DNA of 64,000 nucleotides from a virus: positions 18,540 through 82,539 of IMG/VR virus record IMGVR_UViG_3300010354_000060. One strand, written 5' to 3'. Within the stretch, counting starts at the first letter, position 1, and every line of letters begins with the position of its first letter. Shown one piece after another: positions 28,348-36,552 of the stretch. The notes below the pieces were generated by a model. That model had not been told where the DNA came from. It made no database searches and was given only the letters and a program-made list of their open reading frames with translations. The position numbers were made by a program, and so were the translations under genes.

Positions 28348-29298
28348 TCACTCTTCAGCAAGACGCTGGAAGTATGCGAGAGCATCATCTTCATCTTCAT
28401 CAGATTCTTCCTTAGTCAATTGGGGAAGAGAAGGAGACTTGCTACGAGAATATGACTCTTCAAGTTCTGCAGAAACACGACTCTCAACACTTGGAGATTG
28501 TGCATAAGATTCATACTCATCCTCTTGCTCAACAACAGCACGAGACTGTGTAGGAGCAACTTTCTGACCAAGAACACTCTTGAGACGACGCTCAAGATCC
28601 TCATAGGACTTGAATTGATCGGGAGCGACTACGGCAGCAAGAGAGTATTCTTTCTTCCAGATTGCTTCCATTGCTTCATCATCTTCAAGAAGAGGAGCAA
28701 CACGATCAAACTCAGACTTATCGTAGTTCCAGTAACCATCCTTCTTCACAATCTTCAGTTTGAAGTTTGCACCTTGCCAGAAGTCAAAAGGATTGATAGG
28801 AGTCTCATCTTCAAACTCAGGTTGCATTGCTTCCATGATTTTGTCAAAGATCTTCTTGCCATACTTAAACAGGAAGACTTTACCTTCGTTTGCAGGATTT
28901 ACGGGATCCTTCACCACATAGATGTTGGAGTAGTAAGACAGTTTACGCTTCTGCTTACGAACAGTTTCTTTATTTGCTTCAGAACCAGTGTTCCACAGTT
29001 CACGGTTGTATTCGCCCAGAGGATCTTTACCACCAATAGTGGTCAGAGAGTTCTCAATATACCAACCACCAGGACCTTGGAAGGCGTGAGAATACATTTT
29101 TGCCCAGGGAAGTTCTTCACCTTCAGGGGCAGGAAGGAAACGGATGACTGCAAAACCGTTGCCTGTTTTATCCATCTCTGGTTTCCAGAGACGCTCATCA
29201 GCACCACCAGAAGTAGTGCTCATTTTTTCAACTTCTTTTACCAGTTTGCTGGTAAGAGAACCAAGTTTGGATTGCTTTTTAAGATCAGCAAAAGACAT
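28348..29298 (-). CDS. gp32: Single-stranded DNA-binding protein gp32
   Basis: DERLWKP..GNG.AVIRFLP..WYIENSLTT..KYGKKIFDKI..GANFKLK..NYDKSEF; acidic tail. Confidence 0.96.
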   Translation of the reverse strand: MSFADLKKQSKLGSLTSKLVKEVEKMSTTSGGADERLWKPEMDKTGNGFAVIRFLPAPEGEELPWAKMYSHAFQGPGGWYIENSLTTIGGKDPLGEYNRELWNTGSEANKETVRKQKRKLSYYSNIYVVKDPVNPANEGKVFLFKYGKKIFDKIMEAMQPEFEDETPINPFDFWQGANFKLKIVKKDGYWNYDKSEFDRVAPLLEDDEAMEAIWKKEYSLAAVVAPDQFKSYEDLERRLKSVLGQKVAPTQSRAVVEQEDEYESYAQSPSVESRVSAELEESYSRSKSPSLPQLTKEESDEDEDDALAYFQRLAEE

Positions 29299-29349
29299 GT
29301 GTATACCTCGGATTAATTGGATTTGGCTTTTGTGTATTCCTTTTGTAGT

Positions 29350-29694
29350 CTACCTGTCGGAACCAGTTTTGTCAATCTGTTCGCGCATAACCACAATCAG
29401 CTTGCTCATGTTTCGGAATATGACTGATATATCAGTTCCAGGAGGAAGTCCCATTGTCACGGCAGAATCTGCGATTCTTTTTTTCATTTTCTTTGCTTCT
29501 GGATCATCAGATAAACTTAAACGAGTATAAAGAACTTGTTGTTTCTCTAACAATCTTTGAAGCAGATCTACGTGAGCAATTTTATCTTCCTTGCTCATGC
29601 TGGGAAAAGTAAATACGTTTTTGTAAATCTCTTCCTGCAATTCTGTAATTTCAGTCATCTCAGCACGGACGACTTCGGAACTAAAAAAACTCAT
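29350..29694 (-). CDS. Conserved cyanophage/cyanobacterial hypothetical protein (DUF1825-like)
   Basis: MSFF.SEVV..LLEKQ..LYTRLSLSDDPEA. Confidence 0.7.
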   Translation of the reverse strand: MSFFSSEVVRAEMTEITELQEEIYKNVFTFPSMSKEDKIAHVDLLQRLLEKQQVLYTRLSLSDDPEAKKMKKRIADSAVTMGLPPGTDISVIFRNMSKLIVVMREQIDKTGSDR

Positions 29695-30293
29695 GTATCT
29701 CCTATAACTATTTCTTTCAGGATTTTTTTATATCGGAATACATCAATATTTAGAAAGGGTGCATACTTTTTAATACGCATGGAAGTTAGATCCCACACAG
29801 GGTCCTGTAGTTTCTTATCAAAGTTATTCCCGTACAGGAATATTCTATCATAAATGACCATTGTTTCCAGGCTAATCTTCCCGCTCAGGAATTTTTTGAG
29901 AATGATTGGATGAGATCCTTTTTTGCAATCAAAGATCTCATCAAATTTATTCTCGGAAAACAATTCATTTGATTCTTCTTTAAAGATATACGAAAGAGAT
30001 TGAATTCTCTTTTGCCAATTTGTATATCGTTTTTCCCCTTCTTTAATCATTTCACCAATCCACAAAGACTGTGGATCATCACATGATACAAAGTTTGCAA
30101 CAAAAAACTCTTCTACTTCTTTATCAGTCTTTTGTCTTGAAATTTTTTCAAACCAATACCGATCTCTCCTTTTATAAAAGGAATTAAGAGATGCTCTACT
30201 CTTACCACAATACTTATGATAGTCGTAAGTATTCTTAGTAAAGTGGTTTTTTAAAGAGAGATAGCATTTATAGGCATCAAAAGGCATCATCAA
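29691..30293 (-). CDS. gp59: Helicase loader gp59
   Basis: YLSLKNHFT..YDYHKY..FYKRRDRYWFEK..ISLET. Confidence 0.9.
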   Translation of the reverse strand: MMMPFDAYKCYLSLKNHFTKNTYDYHKYCGKSRASLNSFYKRRDRYWFEKISRQKTDKEVEEFFVANFVSCDDPQSLWIGEMIKEGEKRYTNWQKRIQSLSYIFKEESNELFSENKFDEIFDCKKGSHPIILKKFLSGKISLETMVIYDRIFLYGNNFDKKLQDPVWDLTSMRIKKYAPFLNIDVFRYKKILKEIVIGDT

Positions 30294-30345
30294 AAAAGTA
30301 ATATAGGGATTTTTTTCTGGGAAAATTTTTGCCCCCTAAAAGGAA

Positions 30346-30603
30346 TTAAAGGGGCAATTTTGCTCTGGAGCTTCTTTTTAGAAAGTTAAGTTCTGTTGCC
30401 TCGTAACGAATCTTTTCTTTAAGTGGTTTTGAAATTAGTTTCGGAACAGACTCAACATCAATATTGTTCTGTTCGCAGAAATAGACAATCGCATCAATAT
30501 AATTCATATCAATGTTAGTCTGAACTAATTTTTCAATTTCTTGAGCGAAACGTGTTGGACAGAAGAATTTACTTTCTAAAACTTTTTCTAATTCATTCTC
30601 CAT
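30346..30603 (-). CDS. gp33: Late transcription coactivator gp33
   Basis: FAQEIEKLV..YIDAIV.FCE..KLISKPLKEKI..EA..LNFL; start moved to MENELEK. Confidence 0.9.
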   Translation of the reverse strand: MENELEKVLESKFFCPTRFAQEIEKLVQTNIDMNYIDAIVYFCEQNNIDVESVPKLISKPLKEKIRYEATELNFLKRSSRAKLPL

Positions 30604-31273
30604 CTGACCTAGTATTGTGAGATACAAATTCTTTGATATAGCGAACTAATAATTTAATATAGTCGTTTTTGTTCCGTTTGTCAAATACTTTAACTTCACC
30701 ACTGGGAGTAACCATTAAAGTGATTAATTTGACAGGAGGAATATTAGTGAGTTCATAATACGCAGCAGCATAAAACATTTCTTGGACGAAATAGTTTTCA
30801 ATCCACGCTTCTGGTTTTATTTTTTCTGAAGTCTTAAAGTCAATGACTGCAAGTTCTCCTTCGTATTCTGCAATACAATCAACTCTTCCCGCCAATCCAA
30901 GATACTCTGAGTAGAGTGTTCGTTCAATTGCATGAATATTATTTATCTTATCCAGATAAGGTTTAGCATGAATGAACATAATCTTTGTCATTGGTTGGTA
31001 ATTATTCCAATCCAATTCTTTATTTTCCAAGTAGTCCTGACAGACTTGGTGAAAATCAGTTCCTCTTGCAGTTGCCTTGCGAGTAATATTATTGGCTTTT
31101 TCTTCACCAACACGCTTTCTCCATTCAACAAAGATCTGCCGATTATAAAAAGAAGTTACTGAAGTAATGGAAGGCACCCATTGACCATCAGGTAGATGGT
31201 ATAGACGCATTCCATTTGTCTCTTTCTTTTCTAATTCAAGTTCACCCAAGTAATTATGATGAATAAAACTCAT
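30593..31273 (-). CDS. PD-(D/E)XK exonuclease
   Basis: PSITSV..RGT.FH..LAGRVDCIAEY..IDFKTS..YFVQ..Y. Confidence 0.85.
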   Translation of the reverse strand: MSFIHHNYLGELELEKKETNGMRLYHLPDGQWVPSITSVTSFYNRQIFVEWRKRVGEEKANNITRKATARGTDFHQVCQDYLENKELDWNNYQPMTKIMFIHAKPYLDKINNIHAIERTLYSEYLGLAGRVDCIAEYEGELAVIDFKTSEKIKPEAWIENYFVQEMFYAAAYYELTNIPPVKLITLMVTPSGEVKVFDKRNKNDYIKLLVRYIKEFVSHNTRSDGE

Positions 31274-32022
31274 ATGTTCAGTTCCAGTTTTGCGAGAATA
31301 TATTCTTTAACCAGTCCAGAACGAACAATATCTTCTGCACCAAACTCAATGACATTAAACGACGGCATGATCCGAAGAATTCTCATGAAGTCAATAATAC
31401 CATTCTTTTCATTCGTCTTTACTAAGTCCGACTGAGTAGCATCACCACAGAAAAGAATCTTAGAGTTTTCACCAACACGAGTGATAATAGAATCAAGTTC
31501 GTGGAAATTCAGGTTCTGGAATTCATCTACAATAATGATTGCATTGTCCAGAGTAGTTCCCCTAATAAAAGAAGTACTCCAAAAACTAATAGTTCCTTGA
31601 GTTTTGAGGTTTCCATATAGCATTTCAAATGCAGAATCATCAGGCATTTCAAACATATACTTCACCATATTCTTATAAGGAATCTGATAAAGTGAAGACT
31701 TGTCTTCATGGTCTCCAGGAAGAAATCCAATTTCCCTTGTTGCTACCAGAGAACGGACAATATAAATCTTCTCATAGGGAGACCTTTCATCAAGAACATC
31801 TTTCAATGCATTATAAAGTGCGATGAAAGTTTTACCTGTTCCTGCACAACCATAAGCAACGATGTTTTGATCTTGCTTATAGTCTTTGAAGAACTGTTCT
31901 TGATTATCAGTCAGCGGTTCAATCGTCCGCATGATATCAAGATTGATTGGCTTTTTGCGTTTCATTTGACGGTTACTCATACCAAATGGAACAGGATTTT
32001 TGGGAGTATTTTTTCTTGGCAT
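31270..32022 (-). CDS. phoH: PhoH-like protein
   Basis: GCAGTGKT Walker A, REIGFLPG, FIRGTT, IIVDEFQN, GDATQSDL. Confidence 0.95.
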   Translation of the reverse strand: MPRKNTPKNPVPFGMSNRQMKRKKPINLDIMRTIEPLTDNQEQFFKDYKQDQNIVAYGCAGTGKTFIALYNALKDVLDERSPYEKIYIVRSLVATREIGFLPGDHEDKSSLYQIPYKNMVKYMFEMPDDSAFEMLYGNLKTQGTISFWSTSFIRGTTLDNAIIIVDEFQNLNFHELDSIITRVGENSKILFCGDATQSDLVKTNEKNGIIDFMRILRIMPSFNVIEFGAEDIVRSGLVKEYILAKLELNI

Positions 32023-32031
32023 TATAATTAA

Positions 32032-32280
32032 TCAGATTGGTTTTACTTTTGAACCTGGTGCTTTTGATGCTTGGCGGAGAACATCATTCCATCCTGGGTG
32101 AGACTTCTTAAGTCTATCATAAACTTCACCAACTTCTCCAGAATTAGGACAAGTTGATGGGTCAGACCAGTCTCTATCCCAGTCAGGATTATCTTTTTTC
32201 CATTGATCCCAATCGTGAACACTCATAGTAACTTCTTTTTGATCACCAGTTACTTTATTAATGACGGGGTAAGTTGCCAT
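32032..32280 (-). CDS. Conserved hypothetical protein (FmdB-like)
   Basis: MATYPVINKVTG..NPDW..PGWNDVL; late promoter upstream. Confidence 0.65.
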   Translation of the reverse strand: MATYPVINKVTGDQKEVTMSVHDWDQWKKDNPDWDRDWSDPSTCPNSGEVGEVYDRLKKSHPGWNDVLRQASKAPGSKVKPI

Positions 32281-32305
32281 AGATTACATTAAAATATAGG
32301 GATAT

Positions 32306-33022
32306 TTATTCAATGGTGATGGAAGGAGCATCTACACACTCTGGGCATTCTTCACGAGACCATTCAAGTGCTTTGGATACAGCAGGAAACTGGCAAGTGA
32401 AAATGCAACGAATTGCTTCTGCAATTTCCATGTGTTCCTTCTGAGTACCGTGCGAAGAACGTAGATCAATGTAATGGATCCATGACCTTACAGAGCCTGT
32501 CATATAGAGGCGTGTGGGCGTTGCTAAGGGCAATACGAACCTTGCACACTCCTTTGCCACTCCCTTCTCTAGGAGGCGATCGTAGAGTCTCTGAGCGTGT
32601 TCAAAATGAACTCTGATGTCCTCCAGTAAAGTCAGTTTCAAGTAATCGCCAATATCATCAATTGAGTTCTGGCGATTCTTTGTATCCTGACGACGAAGTT
32701 CGGGAAGAGGAATAGTCTTACTCAGCAGATTTGTATCTGCATATCGTTGTGAAAATTCCTGATATGTGAAGCTCCTATGTCGGAGTATCTGTGCCGCGAT
32801 GCCTCTTGTCGTATTGATCTCTACTGTCATTGTTGCCTGCTCAAAGATGCTCCAATGTTGATGTTGAATACAATACTTCAACAGTCCAGCAAAGTTTTGA
32901 TTGTCTTGATTGTTTGGATTACTCACACGAGCACAATACGCCATATGCTTTTCTGCATCTGGAGTAACGCTAATGAGTTTTACTTCTGGTTTCATAAATT
33001 CAAACTCAGTCAGGATATCCAT
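32306..33022 (-). CDS. thyX: Flavin-dependent thymidylate synthase ThyX
   Basis: HWSIFEQ, QILRHRSF..QEFSQRY, ECARFVLP, TQKEH. Start placed at the ATG with an AAGGAG RBS. Confidence 0.95.
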   Translation of the reverse strand: MDILTEFEFMKPEVKLISVTPDAEKHMAYCARVSNPNNQDNQNFAGLLKYCIQHQHWSIFEQATMTVEINTTRGIAAQILRHRSFTYQEFSQRYADTNLLSKTIPLPELRRQDTKNRQNSIDDIGDYLKLTLLEDIRVHFEHAQRLYDRLLEKGVAKECARFVLPLATPTRLYMTGSVRSWIHYIDLRSSHGTQKEHMEIAEAIRCIFTCQFPAVSKALEWSREECPECVDAPSITIE

Positions 33023-33206
33023 CGTCATCTCCTTCATAAAATACTTCATCATAATCAGTCAGATATTGATCCCCAACATTCCGAGGATCTTGTTTATACA
33101 AATCAACATCTGAATAAACTTCTGACTTAAGACAATCAACAAGAGACTCTAAATTCCTAATAATTAGTTTTAGTTTTTCTTTGTCCATATCTCTTTTATA
33201 CACCAA
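33006..33206 (-). CDS. Hypothetical protein
   Basis: MDKEKLKLIIRNLESLVDCLKSEVYSD; early promoter upstream. Confidence 0.7.
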   Translation of the reverse strand: MVYKRDMDKEKLKLIIRNLESLVDCLKSEVYSDVDLYKQDPRNVGDQYLTDYDEVFYEGDDDGYPD

Positions 33207-33209
33207 ATA

Positions 33210-33238
33210 ATTCTATACAAAAAAAGAGAGGATGTCAA
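33210..33238 (-). promoter_or_regulatory. Sigma70 early promoter overlapping a terminator hairpin
   Basis: TTGACA-17 bp-TAGAAT; the -35 box spans the loop of the hairpin. Confidence 0.7.
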
Positions 33239-33247
33239 TCCTCTCTT
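33219..33247 (-). terminator. Rho-independent terminator
   Basis: AAGAGAGGAT-TGAC-ATCCTCTCTT followed by a T run. Confidence 0.8.
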
Positions 33248-33252
33248 AAATA

Positions 33253-33354
33253 TCAAGCAACTTGGGGTTGCTTTGCCATATTCAGTTGTGCGATACGAAG
33301 AAGATGTTCTTTCTTTGCTTTTTTCTTAAGGTAACGAACGAAATAAGTATTCAT
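33253..33354 (-). CDS. Small basic peptide (33 aa)
   Basis: Not in the ORF track: MNTYFVRYLKKKAKKEHLLRIAQLNMAKQPQVA; AGGAGGT RBS; ATGA overlap with the upstream ORF. Confidence 0.6.
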   Translation of the reverse strand: MNTYFVRYLKKKAKKEHLLRIAQLNMAKQPQVA

Positions 33355-33509
33355 TTTGCTACCTCCTGATTGTTGCAAGGACGGTATGCTACACCACGAT
33401 ATACGTTTTGTGGATGAGCGGGAGCATGTGTTTTGTTATACCAAGATACATACTCTTTTTTTGCATCTTCAGTGTTGTACTTACAACCTCTATAAGTAAC
33501 TTGTGACAT
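33351..33509 (-). CDS. DUF4278-like YRG-repeat small protein (52 aa)
   Basis: Not in the ORF track: MSQVTYRGCKYNTEDAKKEYVSWYNKTHAPAHPQNVYRGVAYRPCNNQEVAK; two YRG motifs; AAGGAG RBS. Confidence 0.8.
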   Translation of the reverse strand: MSQVTYRGCKYNTEDAKKEYVSWYNKTHAPAHPQNVYRGVAYRPCNNQEVAK

Positions 33510-33541
33510 TAGGTTTTCTCCTTAGTTTTTTAGGTTAAAGA

Positions 33542-33640
33542 GCGTTCCTTCAGTCGGCGTTTGCGTTCGCTATTTGCGAATAGCGAATGAACGATCCGTT
33601 CCGCGTCGGCTTACTTCCGTCGCATTAATGCGATGAACGT
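33542..33640 (-). ncRNA. Tandem glutamine riboswitch (glnA / Downstream-peptide class)
   Basis: Unit 1 CGTTCATCGC..GCGACGGAAGTAAGCCGACGCGGAACG; unit 2 CGTTCATTCGCTAT..ATAGCGAACGCAAACGCCGACTGAAGGAACG. Each has a CGTTC/GAACG P1 stem, and the pair lies upstream of a YRG-repeat ORF. Confidence 0.8.
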
Positions 33641-33645
33641 GTTGG

Positions 33646-33653
33646 TATTTAGT
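33646..33653 (-). promoter_or_regulatory. Late promoter variant (ACTAAATA) driving the riboswitch transcript
   Basis: CTAAATA about 6 nt before the first riboswitch nucleotide. Confidence 0.55.
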
Positions 33654-33674
33654 ATAAAACTTTTGTAACATTTG

Positions 33675-34001
33675 TTACCGTTCTATGTAACTTAATGTAT
33701 GATCAGTTGCATAGAGTTGTTGGATGATTATATCACATCCAATTTTAGGATTACAATCACCACATGTGTAGACATCAACTGCTGCCTTGCCTTCCTCAGG
33801 CCATGTATGAATACTAATATGACTCTCAGAAAGCAAGCAAATAACAGTGACTCCCTGTGGTTCAAACTTCTTAGAGATAGTCTGAATCACAGTCGCTCCA
33901 CTTGCTGCTGCTGCGTTTTCCAGTAAGTCTATAAGACAACGCTCGTCGTCCAAAAGAACGAACGAGCATCCATAAAGGTTTAGTAGATAATGCTTGCCCA
34001 T
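33675..34001 (-). CDS. speD: S-adenosylmethionine decarboxylase proenzyme (pyruvoyl-dependent)
   Basis: MGKH..FEPQGVT..LLSESHISIHTWPE..AAVDVYTCG; ES self-cleavage site. Confidence 0.9.
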   Translation of the reverse strand: MGKHYLLNLYGCSFVLLDDERCLIDLLENAAAASGATVIQTISKKFEPQGVTVICLLSESHISIHTWPEEGKAAVDVYTCGDCNPKIGCDIIIQQLYATDHTLSYIER

Positions 34002-34192
34002 TAGTCTATAGGGTTCTCCTCTGCTTCTTTTACAAGTGAACTAATAACAGTTTCAGTGCCATCAATAGTCTTCACTGTAAACAGAGTAGACCTTTTATAC
34101 TTATTCAATTTTTTATATTTTTTTAGAATTTTAGCAAGTTCATCAACATTTACATTGACCTTTGCTTTCCCATCATTAAAACCTTCACTCAT
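34001..34192 (-). CDS. Hypothetical protein
   Basis: ORF track; tightly packed with its neighbours. Confidence 0.6.
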   Translation of the reverse strand: MSEGFNDGKAKVNVNVDELAKILKKYKKLNKYKRSTLFTVKTIDGTETVISSLVKEAEENPID

Positions 34193-34464
34193 TTCTTTTT
34201 CTTAGATTCCTTTGCTTTGTATCCCCACAGTTTAGGATTTACTCTCCCCTCTGTCCACTCAATTTTTTTTAGGTTTTCACGATGCTTATCCCAATACATA
34301 TCAAAAACATCTGCTCTTTTATGGCAGATTACAATATCATGTTGAACAATATTGTCTTTTAGATAGGTAACAAGGTAAGAATTTGATGGCAGAGATTTAT
34401 CTTCTGCTACAGATCTATCACAGTTTTCTGCATGAATCATGCACATTAAGAACGACCTCCCCAA
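34189..34464 (-). CDS. Hypothetical protein
   Basis: ORF track; DxFDxYWD..GRVNPKLWG motif. Confidence 0.65.
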   Translation of the reverse strand: MGRSFLMCMIHAENCDRSVAEDKSLPSNSYLVTYLKDNIVQHDIVICHKRADVFDMYWDKHRENLKKIEWTEGRVNPKLWGYKAKESKKKK

Positions 34465-35027
34465 GTAATCTCAGGATAAGCCTCCTTTACATTTTCATGT
34501 GAGATTTTATATTTAGTCTGAAGTTTTTTATCCTTTACAAGACACAACAGTTCTGCTTCTTTGGGATGAAGACCTTGAAGGAGATTGATAAACATCATCT
34601 CCCTACGAATCGTATTGATGGTATTGTTTCCACCCTGAACATAATGATAAAGATTTTGATATTCCCTACGAAGAGATGTGCGTCCCCTACCTTGTAGATC
34701 TTGTGTTGTTGCAGATTCCCCGCCACCAGCTTCTCTGGAAAGATTTTCAGAAAGAGTTCCAGAGTAAACGTTTTGATCCTTCAAATCACCATAAGGAACT
34801 TCTCCCTCAGGAAGAAGAGAAATTACAGTATCATCAAAATTCCAAATAAAAATAGTCTTTAACGAGTCGTGTTCATAAGTTTTAAGAACTTCAACTTTTT
34901 TTGCATTAGAACGTTGCTTAGATACCAGTTCTAAAATTTCAAAAACAAAAGGGTTTGTTGGAAGAGTTGCTACTGGTGCTTCCTCAGTCTTCTTCCTCGT
35001 CTTCGTAGTCGTCATAATCGTTTTCAA
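34446..35027 (-). CDS. Conserved T4-like phage hypothetical protein
   Basis: LLPEGEVPY..IRREMMFINLLQGLHPKEAELL..VKDK. Confidence 0.7.
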   Translation of the reverse strand: MKTIMTTTKTRKKTEEAPVATLPTNPFVFEILELVSKQRSNAKKVEVLKTYEHDSLKTIFIWNFDDTVISLLPEGEVPYGDLKDQNVYSGTLSENLSREAGGGESATTQDLQGRGRTSLRREYQNLYHYVQGGNNTINTIRREMMFINLLQGLHPKEAELLCLVKDKKLQTKYKISHENVKEAYPEITWGGRS

Positions 35028-35208
35028 ATCGTACTGCTATAATTTCATCTGGGATTACATTCCCATTATTATCAAACATTTCTGGGTGCATTGAAGTGAT
35101 ATAACTTCTCTCATAGAAATGCTGCTTTGCCATCCATCCTAACATACCTCCAACAAAAAAGAACAACACTGAGATTAATGTTGTGATGGTGAGAGTTACT
35201 GCTAACAT
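34984..35208 (-). CDS. Small membrane protein
   Basis: N-terminal transmembrane helix, HPEMFD.NGN motif, acidic tail; GGGAG RBS. Confidence 0.7.
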   Translation of the reverse strand: MLAVTLTITTLISVLFFFVGGMLGWMAKQHFYERSYITSMHPEMFDNNGNVIPDEIIAVRFENDYDDYEDEEED

Positions 35209-35355
35209 CTTCTTTCTCCCGAGAGTTACTTTTTACAATATCTCTCAGAACATGAGAGATACAAAAAAACCGTTTAGTTTGCTTGTCTCCCTCCTTTAGT
35301 GGCAAATCAAGGTTTCTTTTGAACCTGATCTATTTAGATGCATCCTACAACAAAA

Positions 35356-35363
35356 AATAAATA
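35356..35363 (+). promoter_or_regulatory. Late promoter AATAAATA for the bilin reductase
   Basis: NATAAATA immediately before the ORF. Confidence 0.5.
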
Positions 35364-36044
35364 GTGTCAATGATGACCTGGATTATGAAATTAAAGGATA
35401 AAATTCTTGAATTGTTTCCAGATGCCGAACCATTAGAACTTCCAAGTTGGTTAAATCAAGAAGTCAGTAAAGATAATTCTACCATCAAATCGTATATTTG
35501 GAAGAGTGATAAAATAAGAAAGATTAGATTGTGTGAGTTAGATATACAAAATAAATTTTCTGCCGAAACCTTAGTCATATATCCAGATTTTTGTTACGAC
35601 GTTCCTATTCTTGGGACAGAATACCTAAGAATAAACGATAAAAAGTTTTTTGGTGCAGTTGATCTACATCCATTACGAATGGATATTGATTATATTGAAA
35701 AGTATATACAAAAATATCTTGGAGATTTCCCCAACAGAGATAGGGATACCTCCAAGATATATGACTTAGAAAAATTTTTCTCAAAAAAATTTTGGATCAA
35801 AAAGCAATCCAAAGATTTTTATGATGATTACTCTTTAGTTGTTGAGAAATATTTAAAGAAGTTTCAGTCCTGCTTAGAAGAAGCAGAACCAGTTCAATCT
35901 TCATATGAATACCATAAAGGATACGATACTCATTTGTCAACTACCGATCCAGCATATGGGATTCTAAAGTCTTATTATGATAAAAACTTTGCAGAGAAAT
36001 ATATAAGCACTTTTTTGTTTGATTTAAATCCTCTTGAAGTCTAA
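35364..36044 (+). CDS. Ferredoxin-dependent bilin reductase (PebA/PebS-like)
   Basis: RKIR..LVIYP..YDVPILG.E..KFFGAVDLHPL..FFSK..YD.HL..TDPA.G.L..Y....AE.YI..FLF matches the FDBR family pattern. Confidence 0.8.
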   Translation: MSMMTWIMKLKDKILELFPDAEPLELPSWLNQEVSKDNSTIKSYIWKSDKIRKIRLCELDIQNKFSAETLVIYPDFCYDVPILGTEYLRINDKKFFGAVDLHPLRMDIDYIEKYIQKYLGDFPNRDRDTSKIYDLEKFFSKKFWIKKQSKDFYDDYSLVVEKYLKKFQSCLEEAEPVQSSYEYHKGYDTHLSTTDPAYGILKSYYDKNFAEKYISTFLFDLNPLEV

Positions 36045-36245
36045 GGAAATATCAAACTCAAAAGAAATTTCTCTTCCAAAGAAAGCAAATAATTTACCGA
36101 ATCTAATTCTAAATTTCTTGGGGCAATCTTCTGCCTTCTTTTTCCGAGAAGAATTTCTTAGCATCAACTCAAAACCTCTATTGATTTCAAGTTGTTGTTT
36201 TTTTTCTTCTGCCTGGTCTTCTGTCATGACTATACTTCCAAGCAT
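36024..36245 (-). CDS. Hypothetical protein
   Basis: INRGFELMLR..FGKL..FGREISFEF; overlaps its neighbours. Confidence 0.55.
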   Translation of the reverse strand: MLGSIVMTEDQAEEKKQQLEINRGFELMLRNSSRKKKAEDCPKKFRIRFGKLFAFFGREISFEFDISLDFKRI

Positions 36246-36552
36246 CTTCTAATATTTTATGCAAATAATTTCTTATTTTCCTTGCATTTGGTTTTGGAAT
36301 ATGTCCATAAGCTTCTCTAAGTTGCTTATGCTCGTTGTCTGCACCACCTTCAAGGTAGCTATCTAAGTCCATCACGACTTCACTGATGTTAGAAGCAGTT
36401 TTACTATTAATAAATTCTTCTACTTCAAATTTTCTTGCACCCTTTACCTTTAAATACTCATAAAAATTAAGAACAAAGTGACCATCAAAGGCAAGGTCAA
36501 TTGCCCTTTCTACATCAAAATAAACTTCATTGAAAGTGCTGATTGAAGCCAT
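36187..36552 (-). CDS. Conserved hypothetical protein
   Basis: DVERAID.AF..YLEGG..QLREAYGHIPKP.ARKIR.YL. Confidence 0.7.
   Translation of the reverse strand: MASISTFNEVYFDVERAIDLAFDGHFVLNFYEYLKVKGARKFEVEEFINSKTASNISEVVMDLDSYLEGGADNEHKQLREAYGHIPKPNARKIRNYLHKILEDAWKYSHDRRPGRRKKTTT

Noticed and set aside
28498-29316. 272 aa plus-strand ORF opposite gp32
   Set aside because: Antisense shadow of a strongly codon-biased gene; no recognisable motifs.
30593-31273. Cas4/CRISPR association for the PD-(D/E)XK nuclease
   Set aside because: No four-Cys Fe-S motif and no repeat-spacer array in the window; it is the usual exonuclease next to phoH.
35225-35345. Possible decayed inverted copy of the 36024..36245 gene (MRDTKKPFSLLVSLL*WQIKVSFEPDL) and the 35111..35305 ORF
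   Set aside because: Similarity is short and weak and cannot be supported without an alignment.
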